From assembly GCA_037137575.1 (NCBI GenBank), contig JBAXKB010000002.1:1833-65832 (forward strand): a stretch of 64,000 nucleotides of DNA. Reading direction: 5' to 3'. Origin of the DNA: Actinomycetes bacterium (lineage in GTDB: Bacteria; Actinomycetota; Actinomycetes; S36-B12; UBA5976). Positions 10,579 through 20,998 of the stretch are shown in pieces; within the stretch, counting starts at the first letter, position 1, and every line of letters begins with the position of its first letter. Both the position numbers and the translations under genes were made by a program. The notes beneath the pieces are model-generated. The model made no database searches, had not been told where the DNA came from, and saw only the letters and a list, made by a program, of their open reading frames with translations.

Positions 10579-10639
10579 GATTTCCTCTCGTCTTGCTTTG
10601 TACTTAATTCCTACTTGCGTGAGTAGTTACTCACACGAG

Positions 10640-10712
10640 CAGGGCCGGAGGGACTCGAACCCCCAACCGCTGGTTTTGGAGACCAGTGCTCTACCAATTG
10701 AGCCACGACCCT
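10640..10712 (-). tRNA. tRNA-Trp (anticodon CCA)
   Basis: Reverse complement AGGGTCGTGGCTCAATTGGTAGAGCACTGGTCTCCAAAACCAGCGGTTGGGGGTTCGAGTCCCTCCGGCCCTG folds as a cloverleaf with anticodon loop CUCCAAA. No CCA is encoded. Confidence 0.95.
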
Positions 10713-10914
10713 CGGCCTATTCTTGCCCTGCCTAACAGCACCACTTTTGGGCATGCTTGCGCAGAATAAGAATTGTGTCGGAGTGTCAAGTGTAGCCCAG
10801 AATCGTCAAAGTAAAAACCGAGATAGTTGAGAATGGCTCACTCAGATATTTCTCATGCTTTGCAACGATTACCTCGAATTCGCAAGGGCATGCGCAAACT
10901 ACTAACCTTGCAGT

Positions 10915-12117
10915 ATGAGTAGCGAAAAACCTCGAATTTCTGCCCGAATTGGCGCGATTGCTGAATCTGCGACCCTTGCTGTTGATGCCAAAGCCAAAGC
11001 TTTAAAGGCCGCTGGTCGCCCGGTCATCGGATTCGGCGCAGGTGAACCAGACTTTCCAACACCGCACTACATTGTCAAAGCTGCAATCGATGCCTGTAGC
11101 GATCCAAAATGGCACCGTTACACGCCAGCAGGTGGACTTCCCGAATTGAAGGCCGCTGTTGCTGCCAAGACACTTCGTGATTCTGGGTATGCCGTTGATG
11201 CTAGCCAGGTTCTTATTACTAACGGTGGCAAGCAAGCTTTGTACAACGCCTTTGCAACTTTGCTCGATCCAGGGGACGAAGTGCTTTTGCCAGCTCCTTA
11301 CTGGACGACATATCCAGAATCAATTCGCTTAGCTGGTGGCGTGCCGGTTGAAATCATGACTGATGAATCAACTGGTTACCGAACTTCCGTTGCGCAACTT
11401 GATGCCGCGCTAACTCCTAATACAAAAGTATTGGTTTTTGTTTCACCGAGTAATCCAACCGGTGCGGTCTACTCGCCTGCCGAAGTAGAAGCAATCGGAC
11501 AGTGGGCAGTTGAAAAAGGTCTGTGGGTTGTAACTGACGAAATTTATGAACACTTGGTTTACGGTGATGCTGAATTCACATCCATGCCCGTTGTTGTTCC
11601 AGAACTTGCCAACAAGTGCATCGTCGTAAATGGTGTTGCTAAAACTTACGCCATGACCGGTTGGCGCGTTGGCTGGATGATTGGCCCAAACGATGTAATC
11701 AAGGCAGCAACAAACTTGCAGTCACATGCAACATCGAATGTTTCTAACGTGGCACAGATTGCAGCTCTTGCTGCAGTATCTGGCGATTTATCTGCAGTAG
11801 ATGAGATGAAGGTGGCATTTGACCGTCGTCGCAAGCTAATCACAGCAATGCTCAACGAAATTGATGGAGTGACCTGCCCAGAACCTGAAGGTGCTTTTTA
11901 TGTTTACCCATCAGTAAAAGGCGTCTTGGGCCGCGAGTTCAATGGCAAGGTAGCAAATACATCAGCCGAACTAGCTGCTTTGATTTTGGATGAAGTTGAA
12001 GTTGCCGTTGTGCCAGGCGAAGCTTTTGGAACGCCAGGTTACATTCGCTTGTCTTACGCACTGGGCGATGCTGACCTTATTGAAGGCATCACCCGAATTC
12101 AAAACTTCCTCAAGTAA
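10915..12117 (+). CDS. Pyridoxal-phosphate-dependent aminotransferase, class I (aspartate aminotransferase-like)
   Basis: 400 aa with [15 protein letters not shown] and [17 protein letters not shown] (the PLP-lysine region), typical of AspC-type enzymes. Confidence 0.9.
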   Translation: MSSEKPRISARIGAIAESATLAVDAKAKALKAAGRPVIGFGAGEPDFPTPHYIVKAAIDACSDPKWHRYTPAGGLPELKAAVAAKTLRDSGYAVDASQVLITNGGKQALYNAFATLLDPGDEVLLPAPYWTTYPESIRLAGGVPVEIMTDESTGYRTSVAQLDAALTPNTKVLVFVSPSNPTGAVYSPAEVEAIGQWAVEKGLWVVTDEIYEHLVYGDAEFTSMPVVVPELANKCIVVNGVAKTYAMTGWRVGWMIGPNDVIKAATNLQSHATSNVSNVAQIAALAAVSGDLSAVDEMKVAFDRRRKLITAMLNEIDGVTCPEPEGAFYVYPSVKGVLGREFNGKVANTSAELAALILDEVEVAVVPGEAFGTPGYIRLSYALGDADLIEGITRIQNFLK

Positions 12118-13326
12118 TTAAGCTGCGGTTGCGCGCTGCAATCGTAGTTCTTGAATTTGGGTAAGTGGTTGGTGATTTTTCTTGAAAACCATTTGAGCTA
12201 GCTCGCTTAACTGTCGAGTTATTTCATGTTTTGGTTGAACTTTGGCTAGAAAATCGCAATTTAGTTCCGCGTGCTCCAAAGCATTGGAATCATCAGGCAG
12301 ACAGACAACCTGCTCGATTCCGGTATGCCTTGTAATCAAATGTGATAATTCTGTAGCCGATTTACCGTTACGACACCGATTCAAAACCACATAGATCTCT
12401 TGATTGCGCAGGGCATCTTGATTATCAATAACTCCGCGAATTAGCCGAGTAACCGAAACTGTATTCGCAATTGCACATAAGACAACAACTTTCGCATTTG
12501 AAATTGCTGATTGCGATACGGCGTCTCGATCCACCAAATTTACTTCGGGCTGCGAATTTTCGATTGGACAAAATAATGGCCCAACATCCACGATGACATT
12601 TCCGGAATTGATTAGCCGCTTCCACATTCGCTCGAGCGGTGCTCGGCGCAAAGCTGGCCAAAGCGAACTATGGGATATCCCCGGCACAATGACCAAGTTT
12701 TTTTCAACCACTGCAAGTTCATTTAACTCGTAATTATTTCGCTCTGGTGCAACTTTTAATTGACTCAGTTGCAGTAGGTCTGTACTGAGTGATGGCAAGT
12801 TGAGTTCTTGCTGAAGTGAAGCGCCATAGGTATCGCCCTCAACGATTAAAGTTTGTGAACCTTGCTTTGAACCCCACCAACCCAGTTCCTTAGCCACAAG
12901 TGAGCGTCCGACTCCGCCACCGAAACTAGCAACACAAATAAATGTGTGCTCCGTTGAAGCTTCTTGCTGTTGAGTTGATTCTGTTTGGGCGCCAATTTTA
13001 GATATTTGCAAGGCAATTGCGAATAAATCTGAGTGGTCAAATCCAACTACTTTTTGCACACCCAGATCGTTCCATCGATCTATCGAATTCGAAATTGCAA
13101 CAACAACGGCGTTTGCATCGTGAAGCTGCGCGAGCGCATTTTCATCTATCCGTAATGTTTCATCGGTTACGATTACCACGTCAATTTCATTAACTTGTAC
13201 GGCTGCTAATAAATCGATTCCATCAACACACCGGCGCACTACTTTTAGATTCAGCATCGGATGCGAAAGAACCGAAACAAAATCAGCCTCCCAGTCTGTG
13301 TTGCCTAATGCCAGTGCAACTTTCAT
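12118..13326 (-). CDS. Ssd/CpaE(TadZ)-like ParA/MinD-family protein with receiver-like N-domain and degenerate Walker A
   Basis: 402 aa. The N-terminal ~120 aa look like a CheY-type fold (MKVALALG...IDVVIVTDE). The P-loop region reads ICVASFGGGVGRSLVA, with Arg where the Walker lysine is expected. ATGA overlap with the upstream SAF gene. Confidence 0.6.
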   Translation of the reverse strand: MKVALALGNTDWEADFVSVLSHPMLNLKVVRRCVDGIDLLAAVQVNEIDVVIVTDETLRIDENALAQLHDANAVVVAISNSIDRWNDLGVQKVVGFDHSDLFAIALQISKIGAQTESTQQQEASTEHTFICVASFGGGVGRSLVAKELGWWGSKQGSQTLIVEGDTYGASLQQELNLPSLSTDLLQLSQLKVAPERNNYELNELAVVEKNLVIVPGISHSSLWPALRRAPLERMWKRLINSGNVIVDVGPLFCPIENSQPEVNLVDRDAVSQSAISNAKVVVLCAIANTVSVTRLIRGVIDNQDALRNQEIYVVLNRCRNGKSATELSHLITRHTGIEQVVCLPDDSNALEHAELNCDFLAKVQPKHEITRQLSELAQMVFKKNHQPLTQIQELRLQRATAA

Positions 13327-13985
13327 GGACTGTTACCTCCGCTTTGTTCGATAACAGCGATGTCAATCTGTCCAGCACGAAGCGCGGCAACTACTTTTGC
13401 GACTTGCTTTTTAGGCAGCAGGACACTTATGGCGGTGTCAGAATTTGGATCAAGCTCAGCGGGTACCTCAGCTATCGCTACTGCCTTGCTCAAAAGAACT
13501 GGTGGGCCAGGAAGCTGCAGCCCATCAGCACTTGGCGTGCTCCAGATATCCACTAAATCGCCAGAGTGCAGATTGGGTAGATGCCCCGCCTGAATCGGCA
13601 AACTAACGCTTCTTAAATTTGTCGAAGAACTAGTTGTCTGCAACGAAACTGGAATAAGTTCACCTGCAGACATGTTCCTATTGGTCCTGATGCCCTGCGC
13701 AAAATCAATGGAGTTCACATAGTTTCCAGCGCTAGGCAGTGCAACGTGCACAACTTCAAGATCATCGCGTGTCAGTTGCTCGCCAGCAAAAACATCATGT
13801 GTTAGCGCTACCGACTCAGTGCGAGCTCCAGCTGCGGAAACTAGATGGCTGATTGCCAGAATTGAAAGTAACAGTAAACCAATGCCCAGCCAGAGACGAA
13901 AATCTCGTTTCACTTTTCTACTCACATTTGGCACAAGAGCCGGATTTGAATTACCTTGGGCACGAATACGAAATGGAATTGCCAT
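13323..13985 (-). CDS. SAF-domain membrane protein (CpaB/RcpC-like)
   Basis: It has an N-terminal TM segment (LWLGIGLLLLSILAISHLV) followed by a SAF-type segment (VALTHDVFAGEQLTRDDLEVVHV). I prefer the ATG at 13985 (GGGGGAG 4-5 nt upstream). The ORF-track start at 14099 would leave only 3 nt to the divergent gene. Confidence 0.6.
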   Translation of the reverse strand: MAIPFRIRAQGNSNPALVPNVSRKVKRDFRLWLGIGLLLLSILAISHLVSAAGARTESVALTHDVFAGEQLTRDDLEVVHVALPSAGNYVNSIDFAQGIRTNRNMSAGELIPVSLQTTSSSTNLRSVSLPIQAGHLPNLHSGDLVDIWSTPSADGLQLPGPPVLLSKAVAIAEVPAELDPNSDTAISVLLPKKQVAKVVAALRAGQIDIAVIEQSGGNSP

Positions 13986-14102
13986 TGCTCCCCCTTGCAA
14001 CTTGTTTTGATGTTCACACACTCCTGCGAGTCGTCGCCAGACCAATTTCAAACCTGTGGAAAACCAGATGCCATCTTCTAATTGATAGGTAATCATCATT
14101 AA

Positions 14103-14312
14103 GTGACAACTAGGTTCATCACGCTTGCAGACGTTGCAAACATTCTTAACATTGCGCCCGCACAGGTCTACGCGTTAGTACGCTCGGGCGATTTGCCTGC
14201 GATAAAAATCGGGGTTCGGGGGCAGTGGCGCGTCGAAGCTACCGAACTTGAAAAATACATTTCAGATCAATATCAACGAACAGCAGAATTTTTGAAGAGC
14301 CACCCTAGGTAG
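14103..14312 (+). CDS. Excisionase/MerR-type helix-turn-helix DNA-binding protein
   Basis: 69 aa with a GTG start. ITLADVANILNIAPAQVYALVRSGDLPAIKIGVRGQWRV matches the excisionase-family HTH pattern (L..e.A..L.vs..tvy.l...G.lPa.kiG..wri). Confidence 0.7.
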   Translation: MTTRFITLADVANILNIAPAQVYALVRSGDLPAIKIGVRGQWRVEATELEKYISDQYQRTAEFLKSHPR

Positions 14313-14313
14313 T

Positions 14314-14907
14314 TCAGATCTTTGATCGCACAGCAACCACTTGATCAAGTTTTAGAGTTATTAAATTCCGATCAACACTTAGTTCAACCGAATCGCGGAA
14401 CATGCGCACGAGCCGCCCAGCAAAAGTCTTACCGCCATTAAGAAACCAAGTCTCGATGTTTTGTTGATCAACTAAATCTTGCAGCAGCAGATGTACGACA
14501 AATGGGTCAAGTGGATTCTGTTTTCCAGTGTGCACTTTCTCCTGCAGGCCAGATATCCAGACGATATGCAAATTTAGACAAATGATCCGATGCGTATCAG
14601 TTGCCAGAACGAGAGCTGCAGCATTCGCGGTCAATAGGCTGCCGCTTACTTGCTGACATTCCGGATGAACGGTTGCAACAGTGACATTTGCTCCGGAACT
14701 TGGTAGCCGATCTAGCCACGAGGCTGCAGAGTTTTCAAATCGAACGTTCTCTAAAACCTCAGCAGCCTGCTCGAGTTGTAGCTCACTTAGCAGTTTGTGA
14801 TTAGCCAACTGCAGCACTTGTCGGAATTCTGAAAGTAAACCACCATCAGATTTTTCGGGTTTATGGTTCAAGTTATCCACCGCTTCCCCACTAGGTATCT
14901 GCTTCAA
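14314..14907 (-). CDS. Hypothetical protein (no family recognised)
   Basis: 197-aa ORF from a TTG start. An alternative GTG at 14880 follows GGGGAAG. It fills the gap between the HTH gene and the Rv3235-family gene. Coding is supported only by length and tight packing. Confidence 0.45.
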   Translation of the reverse strand: MKQIPSGEAVDNLNHKPEKSDGGLLSEFRQVLQLANHKLLSELQLEQAAEVLENVRFENSAASWLDRLPSSGANVTVATVHPECQQVSGSLLTANAAALVLATDTHRIICLNLHIVWISGLQEKVHTGKQNPLDPFVVHLLLQDLVDQQNIETWFLNGGKTFAGRLVRMFRDSVELSVDRNLITLKLDQVVAVRSKI

Positions 14908-15107
14908 GTATCAGACTGATTTGTGACTATGTTGCGTTATCCACAGGAAATGCCCAGCAGGGAATATGACTATTGACAATTCAATTTTCCTGATTTAAAA
15001 AGTTAATTACAGGCAGCTCGGGAGTATAGAAAATACCTGTTACTTACGTAAGGCACGCACAAGCAACTGCATGCTACGCAACGTAATTGAAAGTTCCAGG
15101 GGGAATC

Positions 15108-15635
15108 ATGGTTGCTAGAAATAACGAAAGCGCAAACGCCGAACATCTACTTGCAGAGATCGCACAAGTTATTGATCTTGCAAAACACCGTAAACCGAAA
15201 GTTTTTGAAACACTGCCCCTTGAATGGGCTCCCATTAATGGCAGCAGCGCGTTAGCCTACGCACCACCAGTGCCGCATTTGGTCGCACTCGATGAAAGCG
15301 AACATCGACATACATCAAAATCTGAATTGCCATCGGCGCATCAGTGGTCCATTCGACTAGTCCACGGGCTAGTGGAAGTTATGAATGGCCTACGCCCAGC
15401 TACACAACTGACTCGCTGGTTAACTTTTGAAGTTTTGAATCAAGTGAAGAATCACATCTACGCAAACGATATGCGCCGATTGATTGTGCGTAGCGTCCAC
15501 GTATCAGAACCTGACGATGGAGTGGCAGAAGTGTGCGCCGTTTTCGGAACACCAAACAGGTCTTACGCACTGGCAATGCGCCTAGAAGGTATTGACGGCA
15601 GATGGCGAGCAACTCAACTCACCTGGGGAATGTAA
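15108..15635 (+). CDS. Rv3235-family protein (conserved actinobacterial, unknown function)
   Basis: The C-terminal pattern VHVSEPDDGVAEVCAVFGTPNRSYALAMRLEGIDGRWRATQL is as in Rv3235-like proteins. I chose the ATG at 15108 (AGGGGGA upstream) over the TTG at 15087. Confidence 0.65.
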   Translation: MVARNNESANAEHLLAEIAQVIDLAKHRKPKVFETLPLEWAPINGSSALAYAPPVPHLVALDESEHRHTSKSELPSAHQWSIRLVHGLVEVMNGLRPATQLTRWLTFEVLNQVKNHIYANDMRRLIVRSVHVSEPDDGVAEVCAVFGTPNRSYALAMRLEGIDGRWRATQLTWGM

Positions 15636-18356
15636 TTAGTTTTGGTTTGGATTCCCGTGACACTTCTTGTACTTCGAACCAGAACCACAAGGACATTCGT
15701 CATTACGACCAACGTTTGCATAGGCATCTGAGCCAGGCGCAGCTTTAGCTACAACTTCGCCGGTCTCACTCGGCGCTGAGTAAGTTAACGGCCTGCTTGC
15801 AGCCGGGGCTGGCGCACCCTTAAGCAAACTAACTGGTTCATCATTGTCATCCTTGGCAATTTCAACATCAACTTCTGCGTTGAAAACGAAGCCAACAGTT
15901 TCTTCCTTGATGGAATCCATCATGGCAACGAATAAGTCGTAACCTTCACGCTGATACTCCACGAGTGGATCGCGCTGAGCCATGGCTCGCAGACCAATAC
16001 CTTCTTGCAGGTAATCCATTTCATAAAGGTGCTCACGCCACTTGCGATCGAGCACGCTTAAGACAACATTGCGCTCAAGCTGTCGCATTGCTGGAGCTGA
16101 GAGTTCAGTTTCCCGATTTTCATATGCTTTGTGGACATCTTTTAAAACGGTTTCCAAAATGTACTGGCCATCTAACGAGGCAACATCGCCGCCAGGTCCA
16201 GCAATTAGATTTTCCAAGGAAATTCCAACTGGGTAAAGTGTGCCTAACGCAGTCCAAAGTGTTTCTAAGTCCCAATCTTCGGGATAGCCTTCAGCAGTTG
16301 CCTCTTTGATGTAGGCAGATACGGTGTCATCAACAAAGCTCAAGATTTGATCTTGAACATCGTCACCATCTAGTAACTGAGCTCGTTCTGCATAAACAAC
16401 TTTGCGTTGTAGGTTCATAACTTCGTCATACTTCAAAACATTTTTACGAATTTCAAAGTTCTGGGCCTCAAATTGTGTCTGCGCAGATAAAATCGCTTTG
16501 GTCACCATGCCAGCTTCAATGGGTACATCATCAGGAACATTGAAACGTTGTAAGAAGCCGTTAACGCGATCACCTTGGAACAGGCGCATCAAGTCATCTT
16601 CCAGAGATAGATAAAAGCGGGTTGCGCCCGGGTCACCTTGGCGTCCAGATCGGCCGCGTAACTGGTTATCAATTCGGCGAGACTCGTGACGCTCGGTACC
16701 TAGAACGTATAGGCCACCGGCAGCTACGACTTCTTCATGCTCTGAAGCAACTGCGCTCTTAGCAGCAGCAAGCGCACCAGGCCAGGCTGCTTCATATTCT
16801 TGCGCATTTTCAACCGGACTCAAACCTTGCTTTTCCAAAGCTGATGCAGCTCGGAACTCTGGGTTACCACCCAAAATAATGTCGGTACCTCGACCAGCCA
16901 TGTTGGTCGCAACTGTTACTGCACTCTTGCGCCCAGCTTCAGCCACAATGCTTGCTTCACGCGCATGTTGTTTGGCATTCAAAACTTCGTGCTTAATGCC
17001 AACGCGGGTAAGTAAACCCGAAATTAGCTCGCTCTTTTCAACACTCGTAGTACCAACTAGTACCGGTTGCCCGGCCTTATTGCGCTCGACGATGTCATCA
17101 ATTACGGCCGTGTATTTCGCTTGCTCGCTTCGGTACACCAGGTCGGACTGGTCCAGACGAAGCATTGGCTTGTTGGTTGGAATCGGTAAGACATTTAATT
17201 TATAAATCTGGTTGAATTCCGAAGCCTCGGTCATTGCTGTACCAGTCATGCCTGAAAGTTTTTCGTACATGCGGAAATAGTTCTGCAAAGTAACCGTCGC
17301 CAGGGTTTGATTCTCGTTTTGAATCACTACACCTTCTTTGGCTTCAATTGCTTGGTGCATTCCTTCGTTGTACCTACGCCCCGACAAGATACGACCCGTA
17401 TGCTCGTCAACAATTAGAACTTCACCTTGCATAACGACATAGTCGCGATCACGTTTGAAAAGATTTTCTGCCTTCAGTGCATTATTCAAGTATCCAACAA
17501 GGGGGGTGTTTGCAGATTCGTAAAGATTGTCGATGCCAAGCCAATTTTCGACTTTCTCAACCCCAGATTCGAGGATGCCAACAGTGCGCTTCTTCTCATC
17601 AACGTCATAATCCTGTTCGCGAACTAGACGGGGCACTAAGCGAGCAAAATCGGTGTACCACTTTGTCGGCAAATCTGCTGGGCCACTGATAATCAAGGGA
17701 GTACGAGCTTCATCAATCAAAATCGAGTCAACTTCATCGACCACAGCGAAGTTGTAGCCACGATGTACTCGTGATTCTGGATCCCAAGCCATGTTGTCCC
17801 GCAGATAATCAAAGCCAAATTCATTATTAGTGCCGTAAGTGATATCGGCCGCGTATGCGACTCGACGTTGTTGTGGTGTCATTTCTGCCAAGATGCAGCC
17901 AACTGTTAGCCCAAGAAATCTATGAACCCGGCCCATCCATTGCGAATCTCGCTCGGCGAGGTAGTCGTTCACTGTGACAACGTGCACGCCTTTACCAGAT
18001 AAAGCATTCAAATAGGCAGGCAAAGTTGAAACTAGAGTCTTACCTTCACCGGTTCGCATCTCGGCGATGTTTCCTAGATGAAGCGCTGCCCCACCCATTA
18101 GCTGAACGTCGTAATGGCGTTGCCCAAGTGTGCGCTTAGCCGCTTCACGAACTACCGCAAAAGCTTCAGCCATTAAATCATCTAACGACTCACCTTGTGC
18201 CAAGCGTTCTTTAAACTCGGTGGTCATGCCGCGCAGTTCATCATCAGTTAGGGAACTTATGTGCTCTTCAATCGCATTTACTTGCTTAGCCACAGACTCA
18301 AGTGTGCGTATCATTTTGCCTTCACCGGCACGCAATAACTTGTCTACTAATTTCAC
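15636..18356 (-). CDS. secA: Preprotein translocase ATPase SecA
   Basis: 906 aa with the motifs [28 protein letters not shown] and the C-terminal zinc motif [14 protein letters not shown]. Confidence 0.98.
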   Translation of the reverse strand: MKLVDKLLRAGEGKMIRTLESVAKQVNAIEEHISSLTDDELRGMTTEFKERLAQGESLDDLMAEAFAVVREAAKRTLGQRHYDVQLMGGAALHLGNIAEMRTGEGKTLVSTLPAYLNALSGKGVHVVTVNDYLAERDSQWMGRVHRFLGLTVGCILAEMTPQQRRVAYAADITYGTNNEFGFDYLRDNMAWDPESRVHRGYNFAVVDEVDSILIDEARTPLIISGPADLPTKWYTDFARLVPRLVREQDYDVDEKKRTVGILESGVEKVENWLGIDNLYESANTPLVGYLNNALKAENLFKRDRDYVVMQGEVLIVDEHTGRILSGRRYNEGMHQAIEAKEGVVIQNENQTLATVTLQNYFRMYEKLSGMTGTAMTEASEFNQIYKLNVLPIPTNKPMLRLDQSDLVYRSEQAKYTAVIDDIVERNKAGQPVLVGTTSVEKSELISGLLTRVGIKHEVLNAKQHAREASIVAEAGRKSAVTVATNMAGRGTDIILGGNPEFRAASALEKQGLSPVENAQEYEAAWPGALAAAKSAVASEHEEVVAAGGLYVLGTERHESRRIDNQLRGRSGRQGDPGATRFYLSLEDDLMRLFQGDRVNGFLQRFNVPDDVPIEAGMVTKAILSAQTQFEAQNFEIRKNVLKYDEVMNLQRKVVYAERAQLLDGDDVQDQILSFVDDTVSAYIKEATAEGYPEDWDLETLWTALGTLYPVGISLENLIAGPGGDVASLDGQYILETVLKDVHKAYENRETELSAPAMRQLERNVVLSVLDRKWREHLYEMDYLQEGIGLRAMAQRDPLVEYQREGYDLFVAMMDSIKEETVGFVFNAEVDVEIAKDDNDEPVSLLKGAPAPAASRPLTYSAPSETGEVVAKAAPGSDAYANVGRNDECPCGSGSKYKKCHGNPNQN

Positions 18357-18589
18357 TTGCAGTCCTTTTGGTTGACGTTGCTTCGTAACGGTTCCACTGC
18401 CGCAGAATCCGAAGATCCGCTAACTGTTTCCCTATCTTTATCGTAGGTCACCAGTAAAGCACCCGAGAACCCGAACTCGGTAGTTAAGAAATTGATAAAC
18501 ATGGGGATTAGATAACCTAGAGTTCGGGTAAAAATGTGTTACTTTCAAGTGCGAGCAGTTCTTCCCTAACCACTGTCAGTAAAGGAATT

Positions 18590-20638
18590 ATGTCTAATTC
18601 ACGACGACTAATTGCGCTAATAATGGCGCTTTACTCGTTATGCGCAACGACTACTGCGCCGGCAGATGCGCAGGTAGTTCCAAATCAGATTCATGCCAAT
18701 TCTTCGGTTTCTCCTAGCCCCAGCCCCAGTATTAGCACTAAGCCAGTTCCAGCAGCTTTCGCTTTACATGGCGCGGGTTTTGGCCACGGTATTGGACTAA
18801 GTCAGTACGGGGCGCAGGGCATGGCCACCGAAGGCGCAACTGGCGAAGAAATAATCGAACACTATTTCCCTGGCTCATCGCTAACTCCAATGCCGATGCC
18901 AAGCAATCTTGTGGTCGGGCTTTTGCAAGATCGCACAGGCGAAGACCGCCGGTTCATCGCATTACGAAGTGAAAGCGTAGGCGGCAAGGGCAAGGGGCTA
19001 ACTGTGATGTTGGGGACTTCGAAAGTATCGGTAGCACCAAAAACCGTTATCACATTTGGCGTACTTAACAACCAAGTCGTCGCCTATGGACCTGACGGCA
19101 TTTATCAAGATACAAACAAGAAAATCATTAGCGCGCCAACAGTTAACATCACTTGGGGTAAACAAGTACTTGGCACAAAAATTTCTACAGTTGCCAATGT
19201 CGCGTCAGCAAATTCAAGTGCCACCGCAATTTCGAACTTAGGTGGGGATTGCACAATTGATAATTGCTCGCACAGGTTTAAGTACGGTTCACTGGCGATC
19301 TCAGCATATGCAAGTGGGACACTAAACATCACAAATACACTTCGTCTGACCGATGAATATTTGTATGGTCTTGGAGAGATGCCGTCATCTTGGAAACCTG
19401 CTGCGCTCCAGGCTCAAGCTATTGCTGGTCGCTCGTATGCCTACATTAAGTACCAGGCGAAACCCAAAGCTCCTTATCGAAGCCAATGTGCGTGCCAAAT
19501 TTATGCCACAACAGTTGATCAAAATTTTGTTGGCTTTGCAAAAGAGTATGCAACGGCAGGCAGTAATTGGGTAGCAGCCGTCGATGCAACAACAACTGAT
19601 GTCGCAGTATTTAACGGCAAAGTTATCGAAACCTTTTTCTCATCCTCAACTGGCGGCTACACCCAACCCCTTACTGAAGCCTGGGGAACCAGCGGTTATC
19701 CGTGGCTAACAAAAGTTGATGACCATTGGTCTAAGGCATCAACAAACCCGAACTCCAAGTGGACCTCAACAATTACGCAGGCCAACTTAGTTGGCAAACT
19801 TCGCGCAGCGGGGGTAAATGTAAAAGATGTAGCAACGTTTTCCGTAACCGATCATTATGCAAGCGGCGCAGTAAGTGAGCTCTCAGTGGTGGACTCAGCA
19901 GGCCGGGTCACGGTGATCAGTTCTATCCCCTCAACATTGCGACCAGCGGCGCCCAACATTAGCCCCTCTGGTCTGCGAAGCATATTTGGCTTGAAATCTA
20001 CCTACATCAGATACATTTCGGCTAGCGCCAAAAATATCTCGGGTGCCTCAGATAACCCTCCTGATGTTTTGCAAATTTTAAATGTTGGTAGATGGCCAGC
20101 TGCTGTTGGGTTACCGGGCAGTACCTTTGCCATGAGCGGGGACATCAAACCAGTTCAGATGGGTGTGACACTAACTCTTTCGGATCTTGTTGACGGAAAG
20201 TGGACCGCCATCGCCAGAACTGAAACTGACATCTCTGGGCAATGGCAACTCAACTACCCCGCAGTACCTGTTGGAGAACACCAATTAAGAATCATGGCAA
20301 AAAATTCAGTCAGCACGATACGGGCTTTTAGTCTGCCAATAAAACTCAGTAGCACGATCAGTTTGGCATCTAGAGTGCGGTTTAAAAAAGCTGGATCTAC
20401 TGCCAGACTTTCGGGCGGAATAACGCCAGCGACAAAGTCTATAAATGTTTACCTGCAACGCAAATATCCCAAGCGTGGTTGGGTGTTGATTGCTAAGACA
20501 ACAACTGACTACTTAGGACAGTTCAGTTTCCTAACAAAAGTCGGTGCCAAGAAATGGGATATTTTGTACCGAGTGAATGCCTCGAACTCATCCTTGGGTA
20601 GTGCAACAAGTGCGCCGGTTACTCTAACCGTTCGATAA
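18590..20638 (+). CDS. Secreted SpoIID/LytB-domain protein with C-terminal Ig-like repeats
   Basis: It has a signal peptide (MSNSRRLIALIMALYSLCATTTAPADA), the GFGHGIGLSQYGAQGMA SpoIID motif and FFSSSTGGYT. I prefer the ATG at 18590 over the ORF-track start at 18536. Confidence 0.85.
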   Translation: MSNSRRLIALIMALYSLCATTTAPADAQVVPNQIHANSSVSPSPSPSISTKPVPAAFALHGAGFGHGIGLSQYGAQGMATEGATGEEIIEHYFPGSSLTPMPMPSNLVVGLLQDRTGEDRRFIALRSESVGGKGKGLTVMLGTSKVSVAPKTVITFGVLNNQVVAYGPDGIYQDTNKKIISAPTVNITWGKQVLGTKISTVANVASANSSATAISNLGGDCTIDNCSHRFKYGSLAISAYASGTLNITNTLRLTDEYLYGLGEMPSSWKPAALQAQAIAGRSYAYIKYQAKPKAPYRSQCACQIYATTVDQNFVGFAKEYATAGSNWVAAVDATTTDVAVFNGKVIETFFSSSTGGYTQPLTEAWGTSGYPWLTKVDDHWSKASTNPNSKWTSTITQANLVGKLRAAGVNVKDVATFSVTDHYASGAVSELSVVDSAGRVTVISSIPSTLRPAAPNISPSGLRSIFGLKSTYIRYISASAKNISGASDNPPDVLQILNVGRWPAAVGLPGSTFAMSGDIKPVQMGVTLTLSDLVDGKWTAIARTETDISGQWQLNYPAVPVGEHQLRIMAKNSVSTIRAFSLPIKLSSTISLASRVRFKKAGSTARLSGGITPATKSINVYLQRKYPKRGWVLIAKTTTDYLGQFSFLTKVGAKKWDILYRVNASNSSLGSATSAPVTLTVR

Positions 20639-20644
20639 TTTTGG

Positions 20645-20998
20645 TTATTGGCTTTCTTTAGCTAGCCGCGCTTCAGCGATGAACGACATAAGTGGAACAG
20701 TGCCTGCCAACATCACTAAGAGCATCTTTGTTAACTTCCAATTGCGTTTTGTTGACAAATTGAAAGTTGCAATCAGGTAGACCATGTACAGGTAACCGTG
20801 CGCCATCCATAATTTTGCATACCAAGTGGCACTCGCAAATTCAGGGTTAGTGGTGTGCCGCAGAACCAAGGCAATCGTCGCGCTAACTAACGCAGCACCA
20901 ACAATGAAAGCCATGTACTTATAGAAAGTCCATGCGTTACCGAAAAATTTCTTAACTTGTGCGTCCGACATAATCCAAGTTTGCTGCATGTGCGGCAC
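20645..20998 (-). CDS. DUF3817-type integral membrane protein
   Basis: 117 aa with 3-4 TM helices. The YKYMAFIVG...HGYLYMVYL pattern is as in DUF3817 proteins. It overlaps the upstream gene by 1 nt, and the start is uncertain among several Met codons. Confidence 0.55.
   Translation of the reverse strand: MPHMQQTWIMSDAQVKKFFGNAWTFYKYMAFIVGAALVSATIALVLRHTTNPEFASATWYAKLWMAHGYLYMVYLIATFNLSTKRNWKLTKMLLVMLAGTVPLMSFIAEARLAKESQ

Noticed and set aside
14938-14946. Perfect DnaA-box 9-mer TTATCCACA (and a related CTATCCACA on the other strand near 57803-57811)
   Set aside because: A single 9-mer is expected by chance at roughly this frequency in 64 kb of two strands. There is no cluster of boxes, no AT-rich unwinding element and no dnaA/dnaN context, so this is not an origin.
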